A stretch of DNA of 63,722 bases, counting the filler, from an uncultured Methanoregulaceae archaeon (GTDB lineage Archaea > Halobacteriota > Methanomicrobia > Methanomicrobiales > Methanospirillaceae), in assembly GCA_964530035.1 (NCBI GenBank). It is 3 parts of 3 records of this genome, joined end to end, with 100 filler letters (N's around TTAATTAATTAA, not from the genome) between each part and the next. Parts side by side here need not be neighbours in the genome. Positions count along the whole stretch, not along the records: positions 1 to 25,796 come from CAZGXZ010000010.1; 2 more parts are not named here. The stretch is one strand, 5' to 3'. Each line of letters opens with the position of its first letter. Positions within the stretch are counted from its first letter, which is position 1. This document shows positions 11,235 to 21,759 of the stretch, in pieces. A program made the position numbers and the translations under genes. The notes under the pieces are model-generated. The model was given only the letters and a program-made list of their open reading frames with translations, made no database searches and was not told where the DNA came from.

Positions 11235-12400
11235 CAATGGAGCTGACCCCTGGAGAGGAGAGAGTCCTATCGGGAGAAGAGGGCCCGACCCGCGCCAAGA
11301 TGATGGAGATCCTGGTCGCCCTTGGCCGGGTCTTCGGGGCGGAGCGGCTGATCCCCATCAGGAGCGCCCAGGTATCCGGTGCCTCGTACAAGACAATTGG
11401 GCCATACGGGCTCGAATGGATCGAGAGCCTGGACGCCCGCGCCGCCGTCCCCGCGGTGGTGAACCCTATCGGGATGCCCCGCGACAGGTGGCGGGAAATG
11501 GGTATCGACCGCAATTTTGCACGGAAACAGGAGCAGGTCGTCCTTGCCTATGAACGGCTCGGTATCCGGCTCGACTGCACCTGCACGCCGTACTACCTGA
11601 ATATCACCGAGTACGGGGACCACATTGCATGGTCAGAGTCCTCAGCGGTCGCATATGCCAACTCGGTCATCGGGGCCAGGACGAACCGCGAGGGTGGACC
11701 CGGCGCCCTTGCGGCGGCGATCATCGGCAAGACCCCTGACTACGGCCTCCACCGGCTTGAAAACCGGCGGCCGACCTTGGCTATCGAGGTGGACCCCGGG
11801 CTTGACCTGTCTGACCCTGCCCTGTACGGGGCGCTCGGATATGTCGCAGGGAAGCAGGTCGGAAACCGCATCCCCCTGTTTACCGGTATCCGTCCCACCA
11901 AGGACCAGCTCAAGGCCCTCGGTGCCGCAATGGCCGCCACGGGAGCCGTCGCCCTGTTCCACGTCGACGGGATCACGCCGGAGGCACGGATATTTCACTT
12001 CTCACCCGAAGGTCTCGAACGGGTACCGGTCGGCGGCCAGGACATTCGGGCGGCCCTCCAGGAGATCCCCGTCGAGGCGGTCGCCCTCGGCTGCCCGCAC
12101 TGCTCTGATGACGAGCTCGCGACCGTCGCCGGTCTCCTCGCAGGAAAGACCGTCCGCATACCGGTGTATGTCTTTGCGTCCCGCGGGGTCATCACCCGGA
12201 ACGAGCCTCTCATCCGGACCATTGAGCGGAGCGGAGCCCGCGTGTATGCCGATACCTGCATGGTGGTTTCACCCGCCCTCGACCAGTACGGCAGCATCAT
12301 GGTGAACAGCGGGAAAGCCCTGGCCTATGTCCCGACGATGTGCGGGGCTGCCGCAAGACTGGGGACCACTGCCGAGTGTATTACAGTAGCGACAAGCTGA
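11228..12400 (+). CDS. Aconitase X catalytic subunit, probably phosphomevalonate dehydratase large subunit
   Basis: CTCTPY, WSESSA, GARTNREGGP, LGCPHCS and DTCMVVSP motifs. Confidence 0.88.
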   Translation: MVTMELTPGEERVLSGEEGPTRAKMMEILVALGRVFGAERLIPIRSAQVSGASYKTIGPYGLEWIESLDARAAVPAVVNPIGMPRDRWREMGIDRNFARKQEQVVLAYERLGIRLDCTCTPYYLNITEYGDHIAWSESSAVAYANSVIGARTNREGGPGALAAAIIGKTPDYGLHRLENRRPTLAIEVDPGLDLSDPALYGALGYVAGKQVGNRIPLFTGIRPTKDQLKALGAAMAATGAVALFHVDGITPEARIFHFSPEGLERVPVGGQDIRAALQEIPVEAVALGCPHCSDDELATVAGLLAGKTVRIPVYVFASRGVITRNEPLIRTIERSGARVYADTCMVVSPALDQYGSIMVNSGKALAYVPTMCGAAARLGTTAECITVATS

Positions 12401-12416
12401 CCCGGTCTATTGCTGA

Positions 12417-12445
12417 AGGGGCTGCCGGACCCGGCAGGAGCCCCT
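12417..12445. terminator. GC-rich hairpin between convergent genes
   Basis: AGGGGCT-GCCGG-ac-CCGGC-agg-AGCCCCT. Confidence 0.35.
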
Positions 12446-12578
12446 CCCAGCCCCTGGTATGCCGATCTATCCTCGCAGGTGACCCCTTATTAAAAAGGCA
12501 GATGATATACAGGTCATCCTGTCTCTGCAATTAGATGATGAAAACAGGCTAGGACTCTTCCATACGGGAGCCTCGTCT

Positions 12579-13709
12579 TCACGCCGGGATGATCCCGAGG
12601 TATACCGGTGCAAACAAGGCGATGAAATAGATGACCATTGCGACCATTCCTATCGGTACTGCGGCTTTTGCCCACTCCTTCGAGGATATCTTCAGCTTTC
12701 CCGCAGAGATAATGTTCGGGATGTTTCCCGGGATCAGCATGCCGCCTGAAACGAGCAGGCCGGTAAGTGCGCTCTTGATCTGCAGTTCGGAGAGTGAAGG
12801 TCCGATCTCGGCCGATGCCAGCGTTGCGTTGTCGAGGATTGCCGACACCATGTTTACCCAGTAGAGTACTTCCGGCGGGACCCTGGTCACATACTCGATG
12901 ATGAGCGGTTTGAACCCGTCTCCAAGGAATATGAGGGCCATGATGAACAGGTAGACCTTGCCTGCACGGATGACGATGTCCCTGACGCTCTCGACATACA
13001 TGCTGCAGTCTGGGGTCCTGGTCGCAACATTCCCTTTCCTGACGACCAGGTAACCGAGGACCCCGAAAATGAGGACCCCCGGGATGATAAGATATCCAAT
13101 CGTTGATGCGAGGTATCCGAACCCGGCATAATAGGGTGGCCCGGAGAGTTTTGACACGGCGATGGTTGAAAGTGGCTCGCCAAGCGGGGTGAGTGCAGCC
13201 CCGAGGCCTATGGAAAAACAGGAAATGACCGTGACGTTCACTTTTTCCCCGCGGGAGAGCGGAATGACGCAGAGCATCTCGACGAGGACGATCGCGGCGA
13301 TAATGGCAGAGATAATGCTCGATGTAAGGCCGAGGACGACAATAAGGATACAGACGGTTGCCGGGAGTGAGAATACCTCCACGGACTTTGCTATTGCTGC
13401 CTCCACCTCTGAATGCCAGAAATAAATGGCAAGACCCACAACAAGCACGATCTGGACGATACCGACGGGGACGCCAAGAACATCCGTGATACGGATGGGT
13501 GCCATCAGCGCCTCGGTGACGATCTCCCCGCTCCACCCGGTTGTCTCCCCGGGGATCCTGATAAAACCTGCAAGGGTAAGCGCGATGACCCCGTTGATGA
13601 AGAGGAACACCTCGAGGTTCTCTTCGATCATCCTGACCCGGAACGGGACGATAAGAACGATAAGAAAGATCAGGAAGAGCCCGATGGTAGCAATAAGATC
13701 CGCCGTCAT
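12579..13709 (-). CDS. DUF1646-family predicted cation transporter
   Basis: Multi-TM protein with EENLEVFLF, GLGAALTPLGEPLST, SAILDNATL and GGMLIPGNIPN motifs. Confidence 0.85.
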   Translation of the reverse strand: MTADLIATIGLFLIFLIVLIVPFRVRMIEENLEVFLFINGVIALTLAGFIRIPGETTGWSGEIVTEALMAPIRITDVLGVPVGIVQIVLVVGLAIYFWHSEVEAAIAKSVEVFSLPATVCILIVVLGLTSSIISAIIAAIVLVEMLCVIPLSRGEKVNVTVISCFSIGLGAALTPLGEPLSTIAVSKLSGPPYYAGFGYLASTIGYLIIPGVLIFGVLGYLVVRKGNVATRTPDCSMYVESVRDIVIRAGKVYLFIMALIFLGDGFKPLIIEYVTRVPPEVLYWVNMVSAILDNATLASAEIGPSLSELQIKSALTGLLVSGGMLIPGNIPNIISAGKLKISSKEWAKAAVPIGMVAMVIYFIALFAPVYLGIIPA

Positions 13710-13986
13710 GAATGTTTCCCCGCCTGGTCCTGGTCCAGGTATTAAAAGCCCTGATGCGTGATTCCCCTGGAGGGAAACCCTGGGTCTCCAGGATCATCGT
13801 GAAAGCCCAGGGGACATGGTATCTCTCCTGCCACCAGGCATGGAAAGTCCCCTGATACCTGTTTGTCCAAGCTAATATCCCGTGCGCACACAAAAGGTTG
13901 TCCTCATGTCACGTCACGGTTCACGATTGGCAGGGCCCGGTGGATTGTCTCCATCAGGTGGTTTTTTTTAGGACCGGGCAGATGCA

Positions 13987-15249
13987 TTGGTCAGGAGTGA
14001 TCACCCTATTCCTCCAGATTCCCGGTCGGCAGGACTGCTGCTCGTTTCCGTCCTGACAATCGTTGCCATAATCATATGTGTCGTTTCTTATGCAACAACC
14101 CCGGGCTCAACCTTTTACTCCCATTTTTTTTACATACCCGTCCTTGCAGCGGCCTTTTTATTCGGACGGAAGGCGGTAGGCGTTGCGGTGCTCCTCGCCG
14201 GAGTACACCTGGCCGCCACGTACAGCGCAGGAAATCCCCTTTTCCCTGATGCGATCGCAAGGGCGCTTATCCTTGTCCTGGTCACCCTGATAGCAGGGAG
14301 CATCGTCAGGTACTGGTCCCGTTTATCAGGCAACGCATCAGCCGGGGAGAGAAGCACTCCTTCAAGGGGTTTTTTTCCAGGGAATTCAGCCCTCAAGGCA
14401 AGGCTGCTCAAACCAGGGATGCTTGCACGGTACCGGGGGGATACAGGTCTTCTCATCGGGGCCCTGGACCACCCTGACCCGGTCGTGGTCTACGAGGCAG
14501 CCGAACTCCTCGGCAAGACCAGCGACGAGCGCGCGGTGGAACCGCTCATCAGGGTTCTTGCGGGAGAAGGGACCGGGGGTGTACGGTGGAAGGCTTCTGA
14601 GGCACTCGCACGGATCGGGCCACGTGCCGTTGCACCCCTCTCGGAACTCCTCGGTGGACACGAGGACCCTGATGTCCGCTGGAAGGCTGCCTTCGCCCTT
14701 GGAGAGATTGGAGACGAAAAAGCCGTGGGGGCGCTCATATCTGCTCTTTCCGACGCCGACAGGTTCGTCAGGACGAGAGCGGCCCACGCCCTCTCCCGCA
14801 TGGGGAACAGCATCTTTCCGGCACTCGAGGGTTCCCTGAACCATCCGGACTCCAAAGCCCGGCAGGGCGCCGCAGAAGCTCTTGGCCGGCTCGGCAACCC
14901 GCAAGCCGCCGTTCCCCTCCTTCTAGCCATGAGTGACCCCTCGGAGGAGGTAAGGACATCTGCCGCGTATGCTTTCGGAACCCTTCCGGAACCCCTTTCC
15001 GGTGTGGTGGCATCATTGTCCCTTGGGAAAGACCAGGAGGAATCCGTGAAGGTCCTTCACGCCCTTCAGCAACCGTATGCGGCCGAAAGCATCCTTCTGG
15101 CACTTGAAAGGTTGGAAGAACCAAAAAGAAACTCTTTCAACGAGGTACTGGTACGTGCCGGTCACCCGGGGATACAGGAACTCCAGACGGTAGCCGCCGG
15201 TGTATGCATTCTCCCGGCCCGGCGGAATAAGAATGAGAAGAGCCTATAA
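13987..15249 (+). CDS. Membrane-anchored HEAT-repeat protein (about 4 N-terminal TM helices)
   Basis: TM region containing YSHFFYIPV, followed by HEAT repeats; start codon uncertain. Confidence 0.8.
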   Translation: MVRSDHPIPPDSRSAGLLLVSVLTIVAIIICVVSYATTPGSTFYSHFFYIPVLAAAFLFGRKAVGVAVLLAGVHLAATYSAGNPLFPDAIARALILVLVTLIAGSIVRYWSRLSGNASAGERSTPSRGFFPGNSALKARLLKPGMLARYRGDTGLLIGALDHPDPVVVYEAAELLGKTSDERAVEPLIRVLAGEGTGGVRWKASEALARIGPRAVAPLSELLGGHEDPDVRWKAAFALGEIGDEKAVGALISALSDADRFVRTRAAHALSRMGNSIFPALEGSLNHPDSKARQGAAEALGRLGNPQAAVPLLLAMSDPSEEVRTSAAYAFGTLPEPLSGVVASLSLGKDQEESVKVLHALQQPYAAESILLALERLEEPKRNSFNEVLVRAGHPGIQELQTVAAGVCILPARRNKNEKSL

Positions 15250-15276
15250 GTCCTGACCAGGATATAAGGATCCCAC

Positions 15277-15984
15277 GTGTACGGGACCTATCGCGGGGAC
15301 GTGTCCCTGTCAGACAATGGGATCACCCTTAAAACCCGGACAGAAGGGAGCCTTGTGTCATACCGCAGGTCGTGCAACGGGGAGGTCGTTGAAAAAGTCC
15401 TTGCAACCCCTCCCAAGGCCCTGCTGGTTCACCCTGTCCCACCTCTCTACCTGCCGAAGCCGGTAGCCCGGCACCTTGAGGTCTCATTTCCCCCCGTTGT
15501 CGTCGGAGCGGGTGAAGAGGCCATCTTCTACCTTACATTTCCCATTGAAACCGGGGTTTTCGCCGGCAGCGGTGACAGTTATGATGTCCTCGATGTCTTT
15601 TCCCCGCTCCATGCTAAGTACACCCTCTACGGGAGCGCCAGCGGAGGAAAGATCGCCAGGTGGTGCGAGAGCCGGGTAAGCCCGTCCCCACCCGCCACCG
15701 ACAGCCGCACTGAGGCGGTCCTCGAGCTCTCGGTGAGAAACCAGTCACGGAGTTACACCGAAGTCCGGAGGGTTGTGTTCGAGGACACCACGATCTACCT
15801 CTATTTCGACAACGGGGTGGTCTTCATGACTGGGATCATGGAGGTTTTTTCTGATACGGTTGCCGAGACGAGGACATTGAAAAAGGCACCCCGGGAGGGG
15901 ATGGAGAATGCACTGCCGCCATTTGCTGCACGCAACCTCCTCCCGGTAGAAAAGGGACGTTTCATGATGGAGTACGGGGTTTGA
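15277..15984 (+). CDS. DUF432-domain protein
   Basis: PVPPLYLP, YLTFPIE and KYTLYG motifs; directly upstream of mscS. Confidence 0.75.
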   Translation: MYGTYRGDVSLSDNGITLKTRTEGSLVSYRRSCNGEVVEKVLATPPKALLVHPVPPLYLPKPVARHLEVSFPPVVVGAGEEAIFYLTFPIETGVFAGSGDSYDVLDVFSPLHAKYTLYGSASGGKIARWCESRVSPSPPATDSRTEAVLELSVRNQSRSYTEVRRVVFEDTTIYLYFDNGVVFMTGIMEVFSDTVAETRTLKKAPREGMENALPPFAARNLLPVEKGRFMMEYGV

Positions 15985-15987
15985 GCC

Positions 15988-16788
15988 ATGAATGAGACCG
16001 CGGCTTCGTTCTGGGCAGTCATCCAGACACCCGTTATCGGGAACCTGACCTACGCCGACCTGATCACCATCGGGGTCATCCTCATCGCCTCGGTCATCAT
16101 CGGGAAGGTTCTCGGCGTCTACCTCAAGAAAGTCTTCTCCGACCGGATTGGAAAGGCGGAGCTCGACCTTGGCATCCGGGTGCTGCAGTATCTCATCATC
16201 ATCGTGGGACTACTTGTCGCGGCACCGTTTTTCCAGATAGACCTGTCAGCCCTCCTCGTCGCGGGAGGGTTCGCCGGAATCGTCATCGGTTTTGCCTCGA
16301 AGAGCGTGGTGGCCAACCTCGTTTCGGGTGTCTTCCTCCTGATGGAACGGCCCCTCAACATCGGGGACGCCGTGACGATCGGCGAGATCACCGGTACGGT
16401 CTCCCAGGTCAGGATCATGTCCACCATCATCAGGACGGACGAGGGCACGTTTGCACGGGTCCCGAATGAACGTGTCTTCACGGCGAACGTCATCAACCTC
16501 GTCGCGAACCCTGCCAGGAGGTGCGATATCTTGTTTCATATCGCCTACCAGGACGATGCCAGGAAGGCTGCGGCCGTGATCATGGCATTCCTCGATGCCG
16601 AACCGCTCGTCCTGCACCACCCCCCTCCGGTTGTTTCAATCGATCAACTCGGGCAGGAAAGCGTTGTACTGAGGGTACAGGCATGGGTCCCTTCCACGGA
16701 GTGGAAGGCGATGAAACGACGGCTGACCTGGTCGGTCCGGGAGCTGCTGGCGGCCTCCGGTATCACGCTCCCTGTCCCGGTACCATAA
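15988..16788 (+). CDS. mscS: Small-conductance mechanosensitive channel
   Basis: GIVIGFASKSVVANLVSGVFL, ERPLNIGD and VPN motifs. Confidence 0.9.
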   Translation: MNETAASFWAVIQTPVIGNLTYADLITIGVILIASVIIGKVLGVYLKKVFSDRIGKAELDLGIRVLQYLIIIVGLLVAAPFFQIDLSALLVAGGFAGIVIGFASKSVVANLVSGVFLLMERPLNIGDAVTIGEITGTVSQVRIMSTIIRTDEGTFARVPNERVFTANVINLVANPARRCDILFHIAYQDDARKAAAVIMAFLDAEPLVLHHPPPVVSIDQLGQESVVLRVQAWVPSTEWKAMKRRLTWSVRELLAASGITLPVPVP

Positions 16789-16860
16789 CAGGACCGGTTG
16801 TGGCGAGAACCGGGATCCCGACCGTAAATTCCATTCCCTCTGACCACCTATCAGGGAGGC

Positions 16861-17385
16861 ATGGAACCGGCACACCCTCTCATCTCCGCCCTCGACGACC
16901 CTGACCTCGCGGTACGCAGGTCGGCGGTAAAGGCCCTGGCCGGGCTGGGAGAAGCCGGTATCGGTCCGCTCATAGAAGCCCTCCGGCAGTCGGACAGCAA
17001 TGACCGGTCGTGGTACCTGGCATCGGCGCTCGCCCTGATCGGGGCTTCTGCGGTCAGGCCTCTTTTGAAAGCCATGGACGAAGACCCGTCGGAACGGTTC
17101 AGGAGATATGCCGCAGCAGCCCTCGGGCATATCGGCGGGCCCGCGGTGGGTCCGGTTATCGAAAGCATGCCCTTTGCCGGGTCCGAACTACGGGGCTACC
17201 TTGTGCTGGCCCTCTGCAGGATTGGCGAACCGGCGAGGTCAGCCCTTGCTGAAGCTCTTAAAAGCCCTGACGAAGGACTGAAGGCATGTGCCTCGCTTGC
17301 CCTCTGGAAAATGGGGGAAAACGGGGTTGAAACCCTCGTTGACGCGGAACGAGGGGTCAGCCCGAAAAATAGCCCGGGTGGATGA
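16861..17385 (+). CDS. HEAT-repeat protein
   Basis: HEAT repeats. Confidence 0.8.
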   Translation: MEPAHPLISALDDPDLAVRRSAVKALAGLGEAGIGPLIEALRQSDSNDRSWYLASALALIGASAVRPLLKAMDEDPSERFRRYAAAALGHIGGPAVGPVIESMPFAGSELRGYLVLALCRIGEPARSALAEALKSPDEGLKACASLALWKMGENGVETLVDAERGVSPKNSPGG

Positions 17386-17391
17386 GGGTGG

Positions 17392-19987
17392 TCACCGGGG
17401 CGGGTTGACCACGATACAGTACCTCTTTTCGGCAGTATCTATCCCAAGCGGGTTCTGACAGGTCAGCCTGACGGTATAGGTGCCATTGTACTCGTACAGG
17501 TGTTCAGGGTCATTCTCGATGGAGTAGTGGTTGTCGCCGAAGTCCCAGAGGTGGGTGAAGTCACGGGTCGAGTTGTTGTAGAACCTGACTGACAGGGGGA
17601 CGGTGCCGACAACGATTGAAACGTTTCCTGCCGGTCCGCTGGTAATGAAATCAGCCACCGGCGGCCCTGATGGCATGATCTTCGTCGGTGTCGGAGTCAC
17701 GGTTACTGTGGGTGTCGGGGTTACTTCCGGAGTGACCGTGGGGGTTGGAGTAAACTCGGGGGTCGAGGTCGGTGTCGGGGTGAGGGTAACGGTAGGTGTA
17801 GGAGTTACCTCGGGAGTTGCGGTTATCGTAGGAGTCGGGGTTACTTCCGGAGTAAGAGTGGGAGTTGGGGTAACCTCCGGGGTCGAGGTCGGTGTCGGGG
17901 TGAGGGTAACGGTAGGTGTAGGAGTTACCTCGGNNNNNNNNNNNNNNNNNNNNNNNNNNNNNNNNNNNNNNNNNNNNNNNNNNNNNNNNNNNNNNNNNNN
18001 NNNNNNNNNNNNNNNNNNNNNNNNNNNNNNNNNGGGTTACTTCCGGAGTAAGAGTGGGAGTTGGGGTAACCTCCGGGGTCGAGGTCGGCGTCGGAGTCAC
18101 AGTAACGGTGGGGACCGGGGTGGCATCGGGGAAGAGCTGGGTGTGCATCGCGGAGGCGTTCACCCGTCCGAAACCGAACTCGTTGTTCTTACCCGGTGTC
18201 CCGAGGTGGTCTGCCGAGGAAAACAGGGAGTCCCTGACCTCATCCCTGCTCTTTGAAAGGTTCGCACTCCAGATGAGGGCGGCAATCCCGGCGGCATGCG
18301 GTGCCGATGCACTGGTCCCGTAGAACGGGGACGGGAACCCTCCGGCCCCGGTCACGGAAACACCATCGACGCCGATGACATCAGGCTTGGTACGGGACTC
18401 GGAAGGACTGATAATGGTCACCGGTCCTTTCGAGGAGAAAGACTCAAGGGTGACCGGGTCATCGGCAGGAACCGCTCCCGCTGCGACTACGCCTTTTGCT
18501 GCCGGCTGGCCGAAGATGGAGTCATCCGGGACGATGTTGATAGCATAGACATAGGCACCACCAGACCCATAGGTATATACTTCAAGGTTACGGCTAGATG
18601 CAAGTCCTCCGTAGTTATTAACCCATATGTACCGGTAATTTTCAGTTAGGTTGTCATTGGTGTATGAGATCCATTCCAATGGATTTTGAGACCCGTCCTG
18701 CAAATTGTATGAATAGGCAAGGACGCTTCCGGACGCATTCGTGAGCTCGACGTCATAGTCGTTGAAAGACATACCCCAGAGATCGTTCCATTCGAGGACA
18801 ACCCATATTGAAGAGCTGGTTGGCATGAATACTACGAGATATGGGATACTTCCGTCTCCACTGAAGTCATGATACGTATATCCAGCAAGTGGGAAATAAT
18901 CGCCCTGGTAGTGTGCCCTGCTCACATAAGCAGATGAACTCCTTGGCCACCCTGAGTTACCAGCCGAAGAGATGTAGAGGACAGGGAGGGTCGAGACCGT
19001 GTTATTGATATGAGTGGCAACAAGCCCGTCCTGGAAAAAAGGTTCAATGGTCCAGCTTATATCATCCACGATGACGGTGCAGCCAGCAGCCACGAGTGCG
19101 TCCACAGCCTGGTTGAACTCCACCGTTGAACCGCCGCAATCATGGAAGTAAAGTTCGGCGCCGGGAGCAAGGTCGTGGATGATTTCAAGCATTGCCGTGC
19201 CTTCGTCACCACCATACGAATCCCGCAAAATATGGAGACCTGGTGGGAGATCCCCACTGGCTATCGCTGAAGCGTTGTTGTTTGCACCATCAGATATCAC
19301 ACCGACCTTGATTCCCGTCCCATTAATCCCGAACGTATTTCTTACATACTGGGCGAAATGCACGACATCGCCCTCTGTTGTTACAGATCCTGTGTTCACT
19401 ACCGGTCCATAATTGACGACTGGCGGATAGATAGTACTAATCGATTGAACGGAGGGAGAAAACGCAAGCTTCCTTGTGTCCGATACACGGACCCATGCAG
19501 CAGCGATCCTTGCCTGGCGGTCATATCCAAGCATCTCCTGGACATACGGAGTGATATCAAGGGGGTCCCCCTCTTTTCTGATCTTGATCTCAACCTTGAC
19601 CTCAGGTTCTGAAACCCCGTTTTTCAGGAACCCTGCAATGTTCTGTCGGGGTTCGCGGATTATTCCATCAGAATACATGGTGTTTACTAGGTTCACCGGC
19701 TTCTGGCCTTCAGGGAAGGGTGAAAGGCCCGTAAGCAAACGGAGATCGGTCGACATCTTGGACGCAATGACCCGGCTCGCGATTGTCTCAGGTGTTCCAC
19801 CAGCTGTTGAGGGCTTCAGGAGGGAATAATTTGGGATTTTGGGAGTAGGAACATTGTGGACATCAGGCCCAATGGCAGAAGGGCTGGAAGAACCCACTCC
19901 CCCTGCCGACCCGGTACATGGCACCTGCGTGGCAAGCAGGAAAAAAATGAAGGTAATGGCCGGTATCGTTGTCTGCAACGGCTTCAC
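17392..19987 (-). CDS. Secreted S8/S53-like serine protease with prodomain, Pro/Thr linker and C-terminal PKD domain; spans an assembly gap
   Basis: [28 protein letters not shown] and [10 protein letters not shown] motifs; PKD motif WDFGD at the C-terminus. ORFs 17651..19987 and 17392..17700 join across the gap. Confidence 0.88.
17686..18116 (-). repeat. Pro/Thr linker repeat (about 30-bp units, 120-bp higher-order period), with gap 17934-18033
   Basis: GGTCGAGGTCGGTGTCGGGGTGAGGGTAACGG at 17761 and 17881. Confidence 0.9.
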
Positions 19988-19993
19988 GGCTCG

Positions 19994-21610
19994 TCACCGC
20001 CCGGATGCCATGACAACCGGCGGAGCAGGGACTGCCACATACCTCACCCTGGGGTCCTGTGCGATTGCCGTAACTTTCGGGATTGGGAGCCATCCGACCG
20101 TGAGGCCGCTTTCCGGGTGGACCGCGATCACGCTGTCGAGGTACTTCTCGACCGTCCCGTCCGGCGTACATGGAAGGGTCGTGACCTCCACCCTTACGTT
20201 ATAAGGGGCCTCAGAACCGGGCGAGGTCTCGTTCCCCCTGACAGCCAGTCCCTGGTCTGCCAGGTCTGATACAAGGTCGGCCTGCGTTTTCCCTTCAGGC
20301 AGCAGGCCCGGGTCGATGAACGGCATCAGGGTCGAATCAAGCTTCCGCGGCCCCCCCTTTCCGGCACTCTCCATCGCCACGACATGGACCGGCTGGCCCC
20401 ACATGGCAATCGTCGAGACCCCGGTCGCACCGGTGACGATGAACCTGACCTCCAGTCCGTCCCCGGCGTACTGCTCCGGGAGGTCGAGGGGGTAGAGGTC
20501 ACGGGCGTCATTCGTGATGATCCCGTAGAAACCCCCTTCAAGGTCGAAGTACCGTATCCTGCCCGATTCGGTGGCTGGAGGGTCCAGCGCCCAGAAGGTC
20601 TCCGACAGGTTGGCCGCCGGAGAGCCATCCTCATAGGTTACGTTGACCGTCACGTGCACCGAGCGGTTTGCCGGGACTTCGAAGGGTATCGTGGCGTTCA
20701 TCCCTGCGGTCAGGTTCGGGAGGAGCCGGTCAGGGTCTGAAAGTGAGAACCCGTTGTTGCCGGTAACTACAGACGAGGCATTGTACGTGTGTTCAGCGGT
20801 GTCAGCCGGAGACCAGGTGACTGAAATGGTTTCCGTTGCCTCCCCGGCAGGTCTCTTTCCGGCGAGGGGCAGAAGGTCCTTCATGGTGCCGGCAATCACA
20901 TAGGGACTCCCTGAAAAGCCGTCTCCCGTGCAGTCATACACCCGGTCGGAGAAGCCGTCACCAGCAGGCGTCCCCCAGTAATTGCCCCCCTTGAAGGGCC
21001 CGCCGGCTATCGAGGGGCCGGTCTCCCGGGTAACGTTCCAGGCGATCCCGAGGCCTGCGGTGCCATCGGGCAGGACCAGGTTGACGGAGTTTACGAAGGA
21101 GTTATCAGCGACAAGCCCCGTGGTGTTTCCGGACACCGAAATGCCGGCCAGCTTGTTGGCATCGAACCTGTTGCCCATCAGGAATATGCCGTTCCCTGAA
21201 ATGTCCATGCCTATCGAGTTGTTGCGGACAAGGCACCCTGATACGGTTGCAGCCGAATGCCCGGAGATGATGATCCCGGTGTCGTACCCTTCGATCGCAA
21301 GACCCCGTACAGTTACATTGGACACCGGCAGGGCGCCCTCCGTGAGGTTGCCAATCACCAGTCCGGTGGTGTTTGCCCCGCCATTTCCGATAAGCCTGTA
21401 TCCCGCCCCGTCAAGGGTCGTGTTCGGGCACTGGACGACCAGGCCTGCTGCTGCTGGCGTAGCAAGAATATCAGTTCCGAGCCGGTACTCACCGGGGACG
21501 GTTATGGTCCCCGGTTCATTGATGATGATGGGTTCTGCCACTGCTGGCAAAACCAGGCACAGGACGACAAGGACAATGACTCCTGCCATCCGGTACGAAA
21601 AACGAACCAT
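19994..21610 (-). CDS. Secreted NosD/beta-helix protein with a C-terminal protease-prodomain-like domain
   Basis: Signal peptide, PGEYRLGTDI, beta-helix repeats and GGNYW motif. The C-terminus aligns by eye to the prodomain of the adjacent protease. Confidence 0.8.
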   Translation of the reverse strand: MVRFSYRMAGVIVLVVLCLVLPAVAEPIIINEPGTITVPGEYRLGTDILATPAAAGLVVQCPNTTLDGAGYRLIGNGGANTTGLVIGNLTEGALPVSNVTVRGLAIEGYDTGIIISGHSAATVSGCLVRNNSIGMDISGNGIFLMGNRFDANKLAGISVSGNTTGLVADNSFVNSVNLVLPDGTAGLGIAWNVTRETGPSIAGGPFKGGNYWGTPAGDGFSDRVYDCTGDGFSGSPYVIAGTMKDLLPLAGKRPAGEATETISVTWSPADTAEHTYNASSVVTGNNGFSLSDPDRLLPNLTAGMNATIPFEVPANRSVHVTVNVTYEDGSPAANLSETFWALDPPATESGRIRYFDLEGGFYGIITNDARDLYPLDLPEQYAGDGLEVRFIVTGATGVSTIAMWGQPVHVVAMESAGKGGPRKLDSTLMPFIDPGLLPEGKTQADLVSDLADQGLAVRGNETSPGSEAPYNVRVEVTTLPCTPDGTVEKYLDSVIAVHPESGLTVGWLPIPKVTAIAQDPRVRYVAVPAPPVVMASGR

Positions 21611-21759
21611 TTTCAGTCTCCCTCAAAGCACCTGATCCAGAAGATGATCCGTTTCCTTATAATAATTTCCCTTTCTAAAGCCGCAATGCGCGCAATTTTT
21701 CCAGCCCGACCCTCCTGCAAGGATACCATAAAGCAGCTGACGGCTGATCTATCCTATCG

